Shown one piece after another: positions 27,801 to 45,630 of a stretch of 64,000 nucleotides of DNA. Both the position numbers and the translations under genes were made by a program. Source of the DNA: Zygnema circumcarinatum SAG 698-1b (taxonomy: Eukaryota > Plantae > Zygnematophyceae); contig CM074812.1 in assembly GCA_037447605.1 (NCBI GenBank), forward strand, positions 2,480,001 through 2,544,000, in the 5' to 3' direction. The notes below the pieces were generated by a model. That model worked only from the letters and a program-made list of their open reading frames with translations, ran no database searches and was not told where the DNA came from. Each line of letters begins with the position of its first letter. Position 1 is the stretch's first letter.

Positions 27801-28466
27801 TATAATTCCTGAGACTCAAAATGGATCGCCTTCTGATCAAGAATTCCAGAGTTGATCTACGACTAACTTAGAACTTAATGAGATCAAAAAATGCAAAACT
27901 GGATCCTGCTTTGATCAATGACCAAGAATTTTAAAGGTCAGCTTTGAAATCACCCACTTAAAAAAAAATCAAAAAGTGGATCTAAACGCGCTCAGAATGG
28001 GCCACCTAAAGGCGGACATTACTTGCACTCAAAGATCAACAAGTGAACTTCACACTTTCTAATTAAAATTATTTACAAAGTGAGGCTTTGACACAATTAA
28101 AGTTGTCCGTTTCTAAACCAAAAATGGAAAATTGGATCCAGGTTTAACTTTGGTTCCTTAATCTGGAGGGAGGGAGCGAGGGGAGGGAGGGAGGAGAGGG
28201 GGAGAGGGGGGGAGGAAGGGAGGGAGGAGATGGGGGGAGGGAGGTAGGGAGGAGATGGGGGGAGGGAGGGAGAGGGAGGGAGCGAGGGCGAGTGAGAGGG
28301 GGGAGGGAGGGAGGGAGGGAGGGGAGGGAGCAGTACCCATCTGCTCGCAGTTCCGGCACTGTTTAACGGAATTGTCGGCCTCTGCAGGGGACCCGCTTCC
28401 GTACGGACAGTCCCTGCGGAGATGACCTTCCTGCCCGCAGCCATGGCAGAGCTTGGAGGGGGCCAT
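22578..28466 (-). CDS. CNBP/GIS2-like protein with 12 CCHC zinc knuckles
   Basis: Exons (minus) 28466-28337, 26564-26365, 25962-25903, 25381-25259, 24949-24857, 24380-24306, 24020-23925, 23645-23553, 22646-22578 (TGA); all GT-AG and in phase; 12 CX2CX4HX4C motifs. The final TGA overlaps a donor-like GC|GTGAGA, so a further exon near 22318 is possible. Confidence 0.92.
23005..23540. repeat. Degenerate interstitial plant telomere repeat (CCCTAAA)n in an intron
   Basis: Dense CCCTAAA/CCCTAAG/CCCTACA units with higher-order blocks. Confidence 0.9.
27520..27573. promoter_or_regulatory. Inverted pair of CCAAT-N9-CCACG elements in CCHC gene intron 1
   Basis: CCAAT ccaggtttg CCACG at 27520-27538; CGTGG cgaactgta ATTGG at 27555-27573. 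Confidence 0.5.
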
Positions 28467-28658
28467 GGAGGGAGGGGGATAGTCAAAGGGAGAGGGAGTG
28501 CGAGAAGAGGGAGAGGAGAGAAGGGGAGAGGGAGTGAGGGAGGGCAGAGTGAGAGTCAGCGGCAGAGCGGGCGTCGGAGTGTGGGGAGAAAGCTTTTCTC
28601 CATTGTGAACTTGGTCAAAATCATCCAACAGAAATACGTCACGTGTACAAAATGGCCA

Positions 28659-28737
28659 CGTGACACGTTTTCATTGGTTACTTGTCCACGTGGCATGCCT
28701 TCATTGGGTCATGCTGCACGTGGCGCACCCCCATTGG
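28659..28737 (-). promoter_or_regulatory. Three ERSE-type elements at exact 30-bp spacing upstream of the CCHC gene
   Basis: CGTGA-N9-ATTGG (28659), CGTGG-N9-ATTGG (28689), CGTGG-N9-ATTGG (28719). Confidence 0.6.
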
Positions 28738-28924
28738 CTGCTGAACTAGAATAGTGAACACGCCGCCAAAAACTGCCGCTCGGCGGCGGCGGCGGCGGGA
28801 AAGTCGAAAATTGAAAAAGGGAAGAATGGACGGCTCAGATTCGCAAATTGGTTTCAATCGACGGCTGATTTTGATCGTAGACGTAAAGTGGATTGAGGGT
28901 TTAAGGGCAGGTCTTTGTAGATTA

Positions 28925-29081
28925 GGGGGTGTCAGACTTAAAAAATTTCAGTACGCGTGTTCGTAAGTTTGACATCAGAACGAGTACTCCAATATAATCG
29001 CGATCCTCGTGCGGCGGAGTACTTTCGTAACCTTTTTTTTCGTAACGCTTTTCGTAAGATTTTGTTAAGTCTGACACCCCC
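28925..29081. mobile_element. 157-bp MITE (family A), TIR GGGGGTGTCAGACTTAA, TA on both flanks
   Basis: Perfect terminal inverted repeat; a near-identical copy lies at 44000-44156. Confidence 0.92.
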
Positions 29082-29856
29082 TATTGTCGGCCGAACGCCC
29101 GTTGTCAAATTTCGGCAAGATTCGATATAAGTTCATGTTTATGACGCCATAGCATGAGCGTTTTCAGGAAATCGACGGCTAGGATTCGACGAGAGTATCC
29201 GGATTATGAGGTTTTTGGATAATGGAATATTCAGGTGACGTTAGCAAACTGAGCCGTTGCGGGCGTGGGAATTTGGCGGCGGCGACGCCTGTGCGGGAAG
29301 CGGAGCCGTAAGGTATTTGACCGTACGGTGATTTGTCGCATCTGATGTACTGTACAGATAGTTTCGGTGATGCCTAGCCGAGTTGCGAAACATGCTTTCA
29401 TGCTTTTGCGCCAACCAACACAACATGGATGCAATGCATGGAAAATCATGAGTAGGTCCAAGCAATGTTTCAATGGTTGCCAACCATTGGCTTTGGCTAT
29501 GGCTAGCGGCTCATCAGCCAATGGTGTAACCATTGGCAGTGGCTGGCAAGCACTGTCCAATGCATGGTTCCAAAGCACCAACAATGGTTGGTTGAATCCG
29601 CGAACCAATGGTTGCACCGGTTCGCCATGGTACCAAGCATAGGTTACGGTTGTTTGGGTTTTCAAACCAATGGTTGGCAACTATTGAATCTTACATTTTC
29701 AACCACTGTTAATAGTTGGTACACGTGGTGGCAACCATTGGCCAATCATGTGCAACCATTGGCCAATCATGTGCAACCATTGGCTAATCATTTGCAGCCG
29801 TTGGTAAACCATTGACAGCCATTGGCCCAAATGGGCAACCATTGGTAAAAAATAAA

Positions 29857-30004
29857 GGAAAATGCTATTTCTACACCTTTTTGTCTAGATACACCTTTTT
29901 TTGCCGGTCACATTTTATATATTAGGGTTTTTAGGGTATTGGGAGGTGTTTTTTTCATAAGAAAGTGTGTATCTTGACCAAAAAGGTATGTAAGTAGTAT
30001 TTTC
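29857..30004. mobile_element. Degenerate Mutator-like MITE
   Basis: Imperfect inverted ends (GGAAAATGCTATTTCTACACCTTTTTG...) related to the TIR at 44167; 9-bp flanking duplication AAAAATAAA. Confidence 0.6.
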
Positions 30005-30496
30005 AAAAATAAAAGGAAAGTTAGCATGTACCGTCTATACGAACTCCTATGTACAATCGAAAGTCCTTGAGCAACATTCCAAGACAATAATATGTCTATA
30101 ATATCCATTTTAATCTTCTCGCTAGCGAATAAACTCGAATTGTTAATATATCAGGATTCTTCATTCCAAGATTTTGGAAAATACTTTCAAGCTGTTTAGT
30201 TATTTCATCCTCTCTAACCCATAATTTCATTTGCGGATTTATCTGCATCCCATGTTGTTGTTGATCTGTCAATTTCCACCATAGAACCTCAGTTTCCAGT
30301 TTGCCGTACAGCTTCGTCGTGGTTTCTTGGTCTCGGCTTTTGGCCGCTCTCCGACCAATCGGAGCCCCCCAATCCCTTTCTGCTGCCACGTGGCAGCCTT
30401 ACCGTCCACGGTGGCAAAATTTCGACAGCCTGGACCACTCATGGATCGTCACGTGTCACTCATCCAACTACAATAAGCCACGTGCAATCATGAACA

Positions 30497-30515
30497 CGTG
30501 GTAGTTTTTGATTGG
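30497..30515 (-). promoter_or_regulatory. CCAAT-N9-CCACG element about 350 bp upstream of the FabG ATG
   Basis: CGTGG tagtttttg ATTGG; near-identical context to 11599. Confidence 0.5.
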
Positions 30516-30858
30516 ACAATGGGGTTTCACCGGTTGGCGATGAAAGCTTTGGTTAAGGCGAAAGCTGAAGCTCTACTTCGAAAAACATCCTGTCAAGAAA
30601 AGAAGCTAATTCCAAACCCTAATCTCTCTCTCTCTCTCTCTCTCCCTCCTCCCTCTCTCTGTCTTACTCTCTTTCTCACTCTCTCTCCCTTTCTGTCTCC
30701 CTCTCGCTCTCTCTCGCTCTCTTTCCCTTTCTCCCTTTATATTTATCCTCTCCCTCCCTCTCCCTCCCTCTCTCTCCCTCTCCCTCCCTCTCTCTCCCTT
30801 CCTCCCCCTCCCTCCCTCTCCCTCCCTCTCTCTCTCCCTCCCTGTAGAAGCTCTCGCC

Positions 30859-38321
<7,463 letters not shown>

Positions 38322-38554
38322 CGGCATGCACGGCATCACTTTATGTCAAAAAAGATGATGTGATGATAGTGATGATGTTGATGTTGGATGGTTCTCGCAT
38401 GCATCAAATGATGTATGCGAGCGAGCCGTAGGGATAGGGTGGCTGCTGACGTGGCACAAGGTAACCTGCCATGTTGAACGGTAACTGATGGAGAGTGGAT
38501 GTGGTGTTAGTTATTTTCTTGAGGAGATCGCTCCTTACCGTCTCAACGGCGTCT

Positions 38555-39527
38555 ATATGTTGTTGTTGTTGTTGTTGCTGTTCATATGTTGTTGTTGTTG
38601 CTGTTCATATGTTGTTGTTGTTGTTGTTGTTGTTCATGGAGAACTATATACCGCCCCCCTTTTTGGTTATCCCGCCACTGTTTTTTTGAAATCCGACCCT
38701 CCCATTTCGGCTATTCTGCCCCCCTCCCTCATTTTGAATATTTCGGGAGGAGATCGCCCCCTCTTTTGAATATTTCTTTCCTGCCTTTCCCGTCCTCTCC
38801 CCTCCCCTCCCCTCCCCTCCCCTTCCCTTCCCTGCCCACCCCTCCCATCCCCTCCCCTTCCCTCCCCTCCCCTCCCCTGCCCACCCCTCCCCTGCCCACC
38901 CATCCCCTTCCCTCCCCTTCCTTCCCCTGCCCACCCCTCCCTTCCCTTCTTCCTCTCGGTTTGCGATTTTTTCTATATTTAGGAACTTTTTATTCTCTTT
39001 TTATCCTTTTTCTTTTGGTGGGTGTGAAGCTCTGTCATGATGTAATGGTTGGCTTGCTTGCTTGCTCTCTCTTCTCTCTCTCTCTCCTTCTCTCTCTCTC
39101 TCTCCTTTGTCCTCTCTCCTCTACTCTCTCTCCTTTGCTCTCTCTCCTCTGCTCATTCTCTCTCTTCTTCTCTCTCCTCTTTTCTCTCTCCTTTGCTCTC
39201 TCCTTTAGTCTCTCTCCTCTGCTCTCACTCTGCTCTCTCTCTCTCTCTTTCTCTCTTTCTCTCTCTCTCTCCTTCTCTCCTCTTCTCTCTCTCTCCTTTG
39301 CTCTCTCTTGTGCTCTCTACTCTAGTCTCCCTCTCCTTTGCTCTCACTCTTTTGCTCATTCTCTCTCTCCTTTGCACTCTCCTCTAGTCTCTCTCTCCTC
39401 TACTCTCACTCCTCTGCTCTTTCTCTCTCCTCGATACTCTCTCTCCTCGGCTCTCGCTCCTTTGCTCTCTCTCTCTTCTCTCCTTTGCTCTCTCCTTTAG
39501 TCTCTCTCCTCTGCTCTCACTCTGCTC

Positions 39528-39581
<54 letters not shown>

Positions 39582-40155
39582 CTCTGCTCTCTCTCCTCTA
39601 GTCTTTCTCTCCTCTACTCTCTCTCCTTTGCTCTCTCTTGTGCTCTCTACTCTAGTCTCCCTCTCCTTTGCTCTCACTCTTCTGCTCATTCTCTCTCTCC
39701 TTTGCTCTCTCTTGTGCTCTCTACTCTAGTCTCTCTCTCCTTTGCTCTCACTCCTCTGCTCACTCTCGTTCTCTCCTTTGCTCTCTCTCGAACGTTGCGC
39801 TGATGTGTGAGGAGGAGAAAACGGGGGGGAAATATCCAAAATGGGGGGGGGGGGGCGGGATATTTCAAAACAGGGGCCAGAATAGCCGAAATGGGAGGGT
39901 CGGATTTCAAAAAAACAGTGGCGGGATAACCAAGAAAGGGGGGCGGTATATAGTTCTCCGTTGTTCATATGTTGTTGTTGTGGTTGCTGTTCATATGTTG
40001 TTGTTGTTGTTGTTGTTCATATGTTGTTGTTGTTGTTGTTGTTCATATGTTGTTGTTGTTGTTGTTCATATGTTTGTTGTTGTTGTTGCAGTTCATATGT
40101 TGTTGTTGTTGTTGCTGTTCATATGTTGTTGTTGTTGTTCATATGTTGTTGTTTG
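38555..40155. repeat. (GTT)n/TTCATAT minisatellite split by a transposon (38555-38637 and 39960-40155)
   Basis: The same TTCATATGTTGTTGTTG unit occurs on both sides of the insertion. Confidence 0.85.
38638..39959. mobile_element. Non-autonomous Mutator-like element, 1322 bp
   Basis: TIR of at least 80 bp (GGAGAACTATATACCGCCCC...); 9-bp TSD GTTGTTCAT on both sides; CT-rich non-coding interior. Confidence 0.9.
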
Positions 40156-41387
40156 TAGTTTTCAGTTCCTGGGTACATGTACATGTTTATTCCGCATTGC
40201 AGGCGAATTAAGTTCATTTCCAGCTCTTTCTTGACTCGACTCTCTTTAAAGCAATTTTCGAGCCTCTCCAAAGACTGTACAAGTCCAATGAGAAGTCGCC
40301 ACATCTCTTTTCCCACCCAGCCAACCATTGGCGATGATGGTACCACCTATTGTAAATTCGGTTGTTGTTTTGCTACCCAAGCGACCATTGCCAACCGTTG
40401 AATTCAACTCGTTGCCATTCATTGGAATTGTTATGAAGGAGATGGAGCGCACGTCTTGCTGTTCATTTTCATAAATTGTTTGCCATGTGGCAGTCTCTCA
40501 TTGGTCCTCCTCCAAGACTTATGAGAAAAAAAGGCTCTAATCAGAGGTGGGATGAACTCGATACCTTGACTCTCTTTAACAAAAACGTGAGGGAAAGTGG
40601 GAGGGGGGAGGGGGGAAAAAAAAAAAAAAAAATGAACGCTTTATAGAAAAGAGTTGTATTAGGAATATTCATTTGAAATTTACAATCTCGGAGAGGTCAC
40701 GTCACGCCTTCCCCCCCCTCACAAACCTGACGGAAGTTTGCAGCCAAAAACCACGAGTCAGCGGAGAATGTACCACAATATGGCTAAAGCACACCTCATC
40801 AATGCTCTCCCACATTCTGCTTCGCTCTCTCAACTCTTCTCTCTCAACTCTTCTCTCTCAACTCTCTCTCTCACACTCACTCTCTCTCACACTCACTCTC
40901 TCTCACACTCACTCTCTCTTTCTCTCTCTCGCTCACCTTTTCTATCTCCCCCCATTCCCCCCCCCCTCCCTCCAAACTTTAACTTTCCCCTGGCTTTTCC
41001 TACTCTCCCTTCCCCCGCTAGCACCGTCCCCCTCTCTCTCTCTCTCTCTCTCTCTGCCCCTTCTTCCCTCTCTCTTTTCTCTACTGACTTTCCTTCTTTC
41101 TCTTCTCTCAGTTCCCCATCTCCTACTGCCTCCCTCTCTTTCTCTTTCTCTCTCTCTGTCCCCCTCTCCCTCCCTCTCCTTTTCTCCCTCTCGGACTTTC
41201 CCTTCGTACTCCTCTCTCTTCCTCTTCTCTCTCTTCCTCTCCTCCTTTTTCGCTCATTTTCTCCCTCCCCCCCTCCCTACCTTCCTCCTCTCCCGCTCTC
41301 CCAGACAATAGAGAAAACTAAAAGTACCTTGAAGCTTTCCAACAAAGGAACTCAATCTTTTACGCCTCCCCCTCCTTGCGGCTTTTC

Positions 41388-42739
41388 TTATCGAGCCTCA
41401 AATTGCACAACTGTCTCACACCCCAAAAAAAACAAATGTATAAGGACGAATTAAAAGGAGACACGGAGGGAGGTGGGGAGGGAGGGAGGGTGGGAGAGAG
41501 GGAGGGAGGGGGGTGGAAGGGAGGGTGGGAGGGAGGGAGGGAGGGAAGGAAGGAGGGTGGGGGGGAGGGAGGGAGGGAGGGAGGAGGGTGGGAGGGAGGG
41601 AGGGAGGGGGGGAGGGAGGGAGGGTGGGAGGAGGGAGGGAAGGAGGGAGGGTGGGAGGGGAGAGGGAGGGAGGGAAGGAAGGGGGAGGGAGGGAGGGAGG
41701 AGGGAGGGAGGAGGAGGGTGGGAGGGAGGAGGAGGGAGGGAGGGGAGGGAGGGAGGGAGGGAGGGGGGAAGGGAGGGAGGGTGGAAGAGGGAAGGCGAGA
41801 GAAAACCCTAGAACCGTAAACGTTAAAGCCAAAAACCTTACCCTAAGAGAGGGAGAGAGAATGAGAGAGGGAGGGCGGGGGGAGGTACACGCATGCGCCA
41901 GAACAAAGCACACTAGGTCACTACCCAGTTTAGTTTCAGTTTAGTAGTTAGTACTAGTTATAACTTCAGTTATTTTTTGAAAGACTTTAGTCCTTAATAT
42001 CCTTATTTAAAAAAAAAAATTAAGGTTTTCAGAAGGAAAAGTTCGACAATTTGAATTTGGACGGGACTTTCTGGGGTTAGAACTCGGAACGAGTTTTTTT
42101 TTTAAACGTGTTTTTTACGTGTTTTTTTTCCAAGTTTTTGGAGTGGGTTTTTTTTACTTCGTCGAGTTCTCTTCTTGTAGAGGATGCGGTACCCGCACTC
42201 GCGGCACTGGATGACGTCACCCGGTTTCAGCGCGTTGTCAGCACCGCAGTCTGTGCATGCACCCACACGCATGTCACTATTTCTCTCTCTCTCTCTCTCT
42301 CGCTCTCTCTCCTGCTCTCTCTCATACTTTCTCTCTTTCCCTCTCTCCGTCGCCCCCCTTACAGACACTTCATCTCTCTCGCTCTCCTTTCTATCTCTCT
42401 CTCTCTCGCTCTCTCTCTCTCACTATCGATCTATCTCTCTCTCTCTCGTTCTCTCTCTCTCACTATCGATCTATCTCTCTCTCTCTCGTTCTCTCTCTCT
42501 CACTATCGATCTATCTCTCTCTCTCTCGCGCTCTCTCTCTCACTATCTATCCCTCTCTTGCTCTCGCTAATCTCCCTTTCCGTCCTCTTTCTCTCTCTCT
42601 CTCTCACTATCCCTCCCGCTAGTCCCCCTAACCTTCCCCCTCTCCCCCCTCCCCCCTCTCTCTTTCCCTCTCCCTCTCCCTTCTCCCCAAACCCACCTCC
42701 GCAGATGTAGGTGACGGGCTCCGGCGGCGCTCCGTCCAT
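41388..42739 (-). CDS. NRPB12: RNA polymerase I/II/III shared subunit RPB12 (RPABC4)
   Basis: Exons 42739-42697, 42250-42158, 41410-41388; 52 aa [52 protein letters not shown]. Confidence 0.97.
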
Positions 42740-42949
42740 GGCGCTTTCACTGTGCGAGCGCGCGAGAGAGAGAATGAGACAGAGAGAGAGAGAGAGGGAG
42801 AGGGAAACCGGGAGAGGGAGAAAGGGGGAGGGAGGGGGAAACCGGGAGAGGGAGAGAGGGGGAGGGAGAGAAGGAGAGAGAGAAAGTGGGAGAGGGGGAG
42901 GGAGATTACGGTAGGGTTTCCGCAGAGGACGAAACGAATGAACTGTATC

Positions 42950-43080
42950 GAGTCGAACCCGAGTGAAGATATATCGAATCGAACCAAGTGAAGTTATAAA
43001 TCAAACCAAGTGAAGATATATCGATTCAAACCAAGTGAAGATATATCGAATCGAACTAGATGAAGATATATCGAATCGGA
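42950..43080. repeat. About 25-bp tandem repeat (AAGTGAAGATATATCGAATCGAACC) x5 upstream of RPB12
   Basis: Five degenerate units. Confidence 0.8.
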
Positions 43081-43122
43081 AGCGGGATCTGGTACAAGAC
43101 TTGCACAAGCTTGAGCTTATTA

Positions 43123-43994
43123 GGGGGAGTCAGACCTTGACCATCGCCAAATCAATTTCGTAAGCCTGTCGGGCGAATTAAGATTGGCTAGGTACGCATT
43201 TTGGCACGGTTGTGTACGGCGGAGCCGAGAATCTCGACCCGGAATTCGTACACGAAACTTTGACTTTTAGGATGAAAATGATATTTGATTGAATTCACGA
43301 TGGCAAGGCCATCAAATGTACATGGATAAAATCGACATAGGGAACCAAAAGAAGCGGTCACAATGGACAGAAGGACAAAGAGAAAGCCTCGAAACGGAAA
43401 TCAACTTCTAGGCTCAACAACACGGCACTAGAAGCAGCCGCGAAGGTCGCCAATGTGGGGCGCAATACGCGCAGGAAGGGGCAGAAGGCCACTGGGACGG
43501 GTCCTAACAACTGCTGCACGTCGAAGGATTGTGGAAGCAAGACACCGCTGCAACGCGATGGAAACGCGCTGTCGATAAAAAGTTGCAAGGATTGCTGGGG
43601 GAGGGCTTCTTGGGCCGTGCATCTCAAAGGAGCGATGGGCGCACTGGTGTAGGAAGACTTCCAACTGAGCATCAAGGCAGCCAAAAAAATTGACCGCCAA
43701 TGGAACAAACTCATCGGCCAAGTCGCGGTGAGCATACGCGCGCTCCTTACGAAGGGCCGCATCCCGAGCAGCGACACCCTCGTGGTGTGCAGTACGTGAT
43801 ATCAGAGCACGGCGAGTCGGATCAGCCAATATAACATCCCCAAAAATACGCCGCGTGCCATCCAAAAGAGCAAGGTCGGGACGCACTCCGTGCTCGCTAG
43901 TTGAAGTCGGCCGAGGTGGTATAACACACCCCATCTTCTTTTAGTAAAAGGAATTCGGGAATTTCGTAAGCGATGGTCAAGGTCTGACTCCCCC
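43123..43994. mobile_element. MITE (family B, related to A) carrying a LINE insertion
   Basis: 25-bp perfect TIR GGGGGAGTCAGACCTTGACCATCGC; TATTA on both flanks. Confidence 0.9.
43271..43937 (-). mobile_element. 5'-truncated non-LTR retrotransposon fragment with restriction-like endonuclease C-terminus (CRE/R2-type)
   Basis: ORF 43934-43428: RPDL..DVILADP..KERAY..FVPLAV.FFG..QRVSIALQR; candidate 7-bp TSD CTTTTAG (43264-43270 and 43938-43944). Confidence 0.8.
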
Positions 43995-43999
43995 TATTA

Positions 44000-44156
44000 G
44001 GGGGTGTCAGACTTAAAAAATTTCAGTACGCGTGTTCGTAAGTTTGACATCAGAACGAGTACTCCAGTATAATGGCGATCCTCCTGCGGCGGAGTACTTT
44101 CGTAACCTTTTTTTTCGTAACGCTTTTCGTAAGATTTTGTTAAGTCTGACACCCCC
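44000..44156. mobile_element. 157-bp MITE family A, second copy, abutting element B
   Basis: Differs from 28925-29081 at only a few positions. Confidence 0.92.
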
Positions 44157-44531
44157 TATTATGCATGGAAAATTCTATTCTCACACCTTTTTTGTCTACA
44201 CACAGGACCTTTTTTCGCCGGGCAGCTTCTATTTTAGGAAAAATAGGATTAAAAACGAAAAATGGCTTTTTTCACACCTTTCTGGAATCGATACAAACCT
44301 TTTTCCTTCGGGCAGATTTTACCCCTGAATCTTTTTTTCTGAGAGAAAAAAATATCGGCTTGCCCGAATCCGCTAGGAGCGTAAAAACCGTCCGCCACGA
44401 GATCGTTCGCGAATGTGCGTCCTTCACACGTGCGGTAAATCTCCGCCGTCGACTAACTCGCAGATCGCACCACGGCAGATCACCGTTCGATCTGCAGTCG
44501 GGCTCGGTCCCAGCGAATGGCACGGGCCCAC

Positions 44532-44934
44532 TGTTGTACATCACTAGAGACTTGTACAAGGGGAAAATTTCATTGAACTCGCGATGGCGAGGCCATCAAA
44601 TGTACATGGACAAAAGCAAAGTGTGGAACCACGAGGGACTGGTCGCAAAGGACCGAAACACAATAAAACGAAGCTAAGAGCGGAAAACTACGCCTAGGCA
44701 CAACAACGCATCCCTAGAAGCAGCCGCGAAGGTCACCGATGTGAGGCACATCACGAGAAGGGAGCGGCGGAAGTCCACGAACACGATCACCAACAACCGC
44801 AGCACCTTATACAACGTTTTGTGTGACATAGACTCTCTAGTGAGGTTAGATGTCAGATGTGCCTTGCAGATGTTAGAGGCGCGATTGTACGGAAGGTAGA
44901 GTACAATACCGTACTGTACCGTACTATTCCAGCA
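44532..44934 (-). mobile_element. Second fragment of the same LINE family (last about 30 codons plus 3' UTR, with an unrelated 5' head) inserted in the Mutator arm
   Basis: GAAVVGDRVRGLPPLPSRDVPHIGDLRGCF* matches the end of the first copy; flanked by a CCCAC direct repeat that interrupts the TIR. Confidence 0.75.
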
Positions 44935-45057
44935 CCCACGTGTCCCGCCAAAGCCGGCGGGCACTCGCTAGAGCGCGCGTTCCCTCAGCCCGAGATCTTC
45001 GCAAAATTTTGAGCTGGACCGGCCAGCCTGCGGCGGCTCGGCCATTGACAGCTACAG

Positions 45058-45076
45058 CCAATCACCATCTGCCACG
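45058..45076 (+). promoter_or_regulatory. CCAAT-N9-CCACG element inside the Mutator-like element
   Basis: CCAAT caccatctg CCACG(TG). Confidence 0.45.
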
Positions 45077-45446
45077 TGATATTTGAATGATGTGGCTTAT
45101 TGTTATTGGTCCAGGCACTCAATGTACGGTATTTTGCATTTCCTCGAAGTTGTGACCTTACATCTTTTGTACGAACCCACTTTGAGCCGGATTTGGCGGG
45201 ACACGTGGGCCCGTGCCATTCGTTGGGATCGAGTTCGACTGCAGATCGAACGATGTTCTGCCGTGGTGCGATCTGCGAGTTAGTCGACGGCGGAGATTTA
45301 TCACACGTGTGAATTACGCACACCCGCGAACGATCTCGTGGCGGACGGATCTTCCGCTCGGATCGGGCAAACCGATATTCTTTTCTCTCCAAAAAGGTCT
45401 GTGTGTAGACAAAAAAGGTGTGAGAATAGAATTTTCCATTATGCTT

Positions 45447-45630
45447 AGGGTTAAGGTTTAGGGTTTAGGGTTCAAGGTTTAGGGTTCAGGGTTCAGGGTT
45501 TAACGTTTAGGCTTCAGGGTTCAGGGTTTTAGACTTCAGGGTTCAAGGTTAAGGTTTTAGGGTTCAAGGTTTAGGGTTCAGGGTTCCAGGTTTACGGTTC
45601 AGGGTTCAAGGTTTAGGGTTTAGGGTTCAA
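45447..45630. repeat. Degenerate (TTTAGGG/TTCAGGG)n tract
   Basis: About 25 heptamer units. Confidence 0.85.

Larger units (their letters stand above)
44167..45437. mobile_element. Non-autonomous Mutator-like (foldback) element with long TIRs
   Basis: Inverted arms of about 250-350 bp starting GGAAAATTCTATTCTCACACC; 9-bp TSD ATTATGCAT/ATTATGCTT. Confidence 0.88.

Noticed and set aside
42950-43080. CRISPR-like or iteron-like repeats (also 41-178 and 63601-64000)
   Set aside because: No unique spacers, no cas genes and a eukaryotic context; these are ordinary tandem repeats.
43123-44156. Resemblance of GGGGG..TCAGAC TIRs and TATTA flanks to bacterial Tn3-family ends
   Set aside because: The similarity is limited to the G-run, there is no transposase, and the third copy lacks a 5-bp duplication.
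44900-44934. tRNA-like head GCTGGAATAG suggesting a tRNA-SINE
   Set aside because: Only about 10 nt of resemblance, with no B box or cloverleaf.
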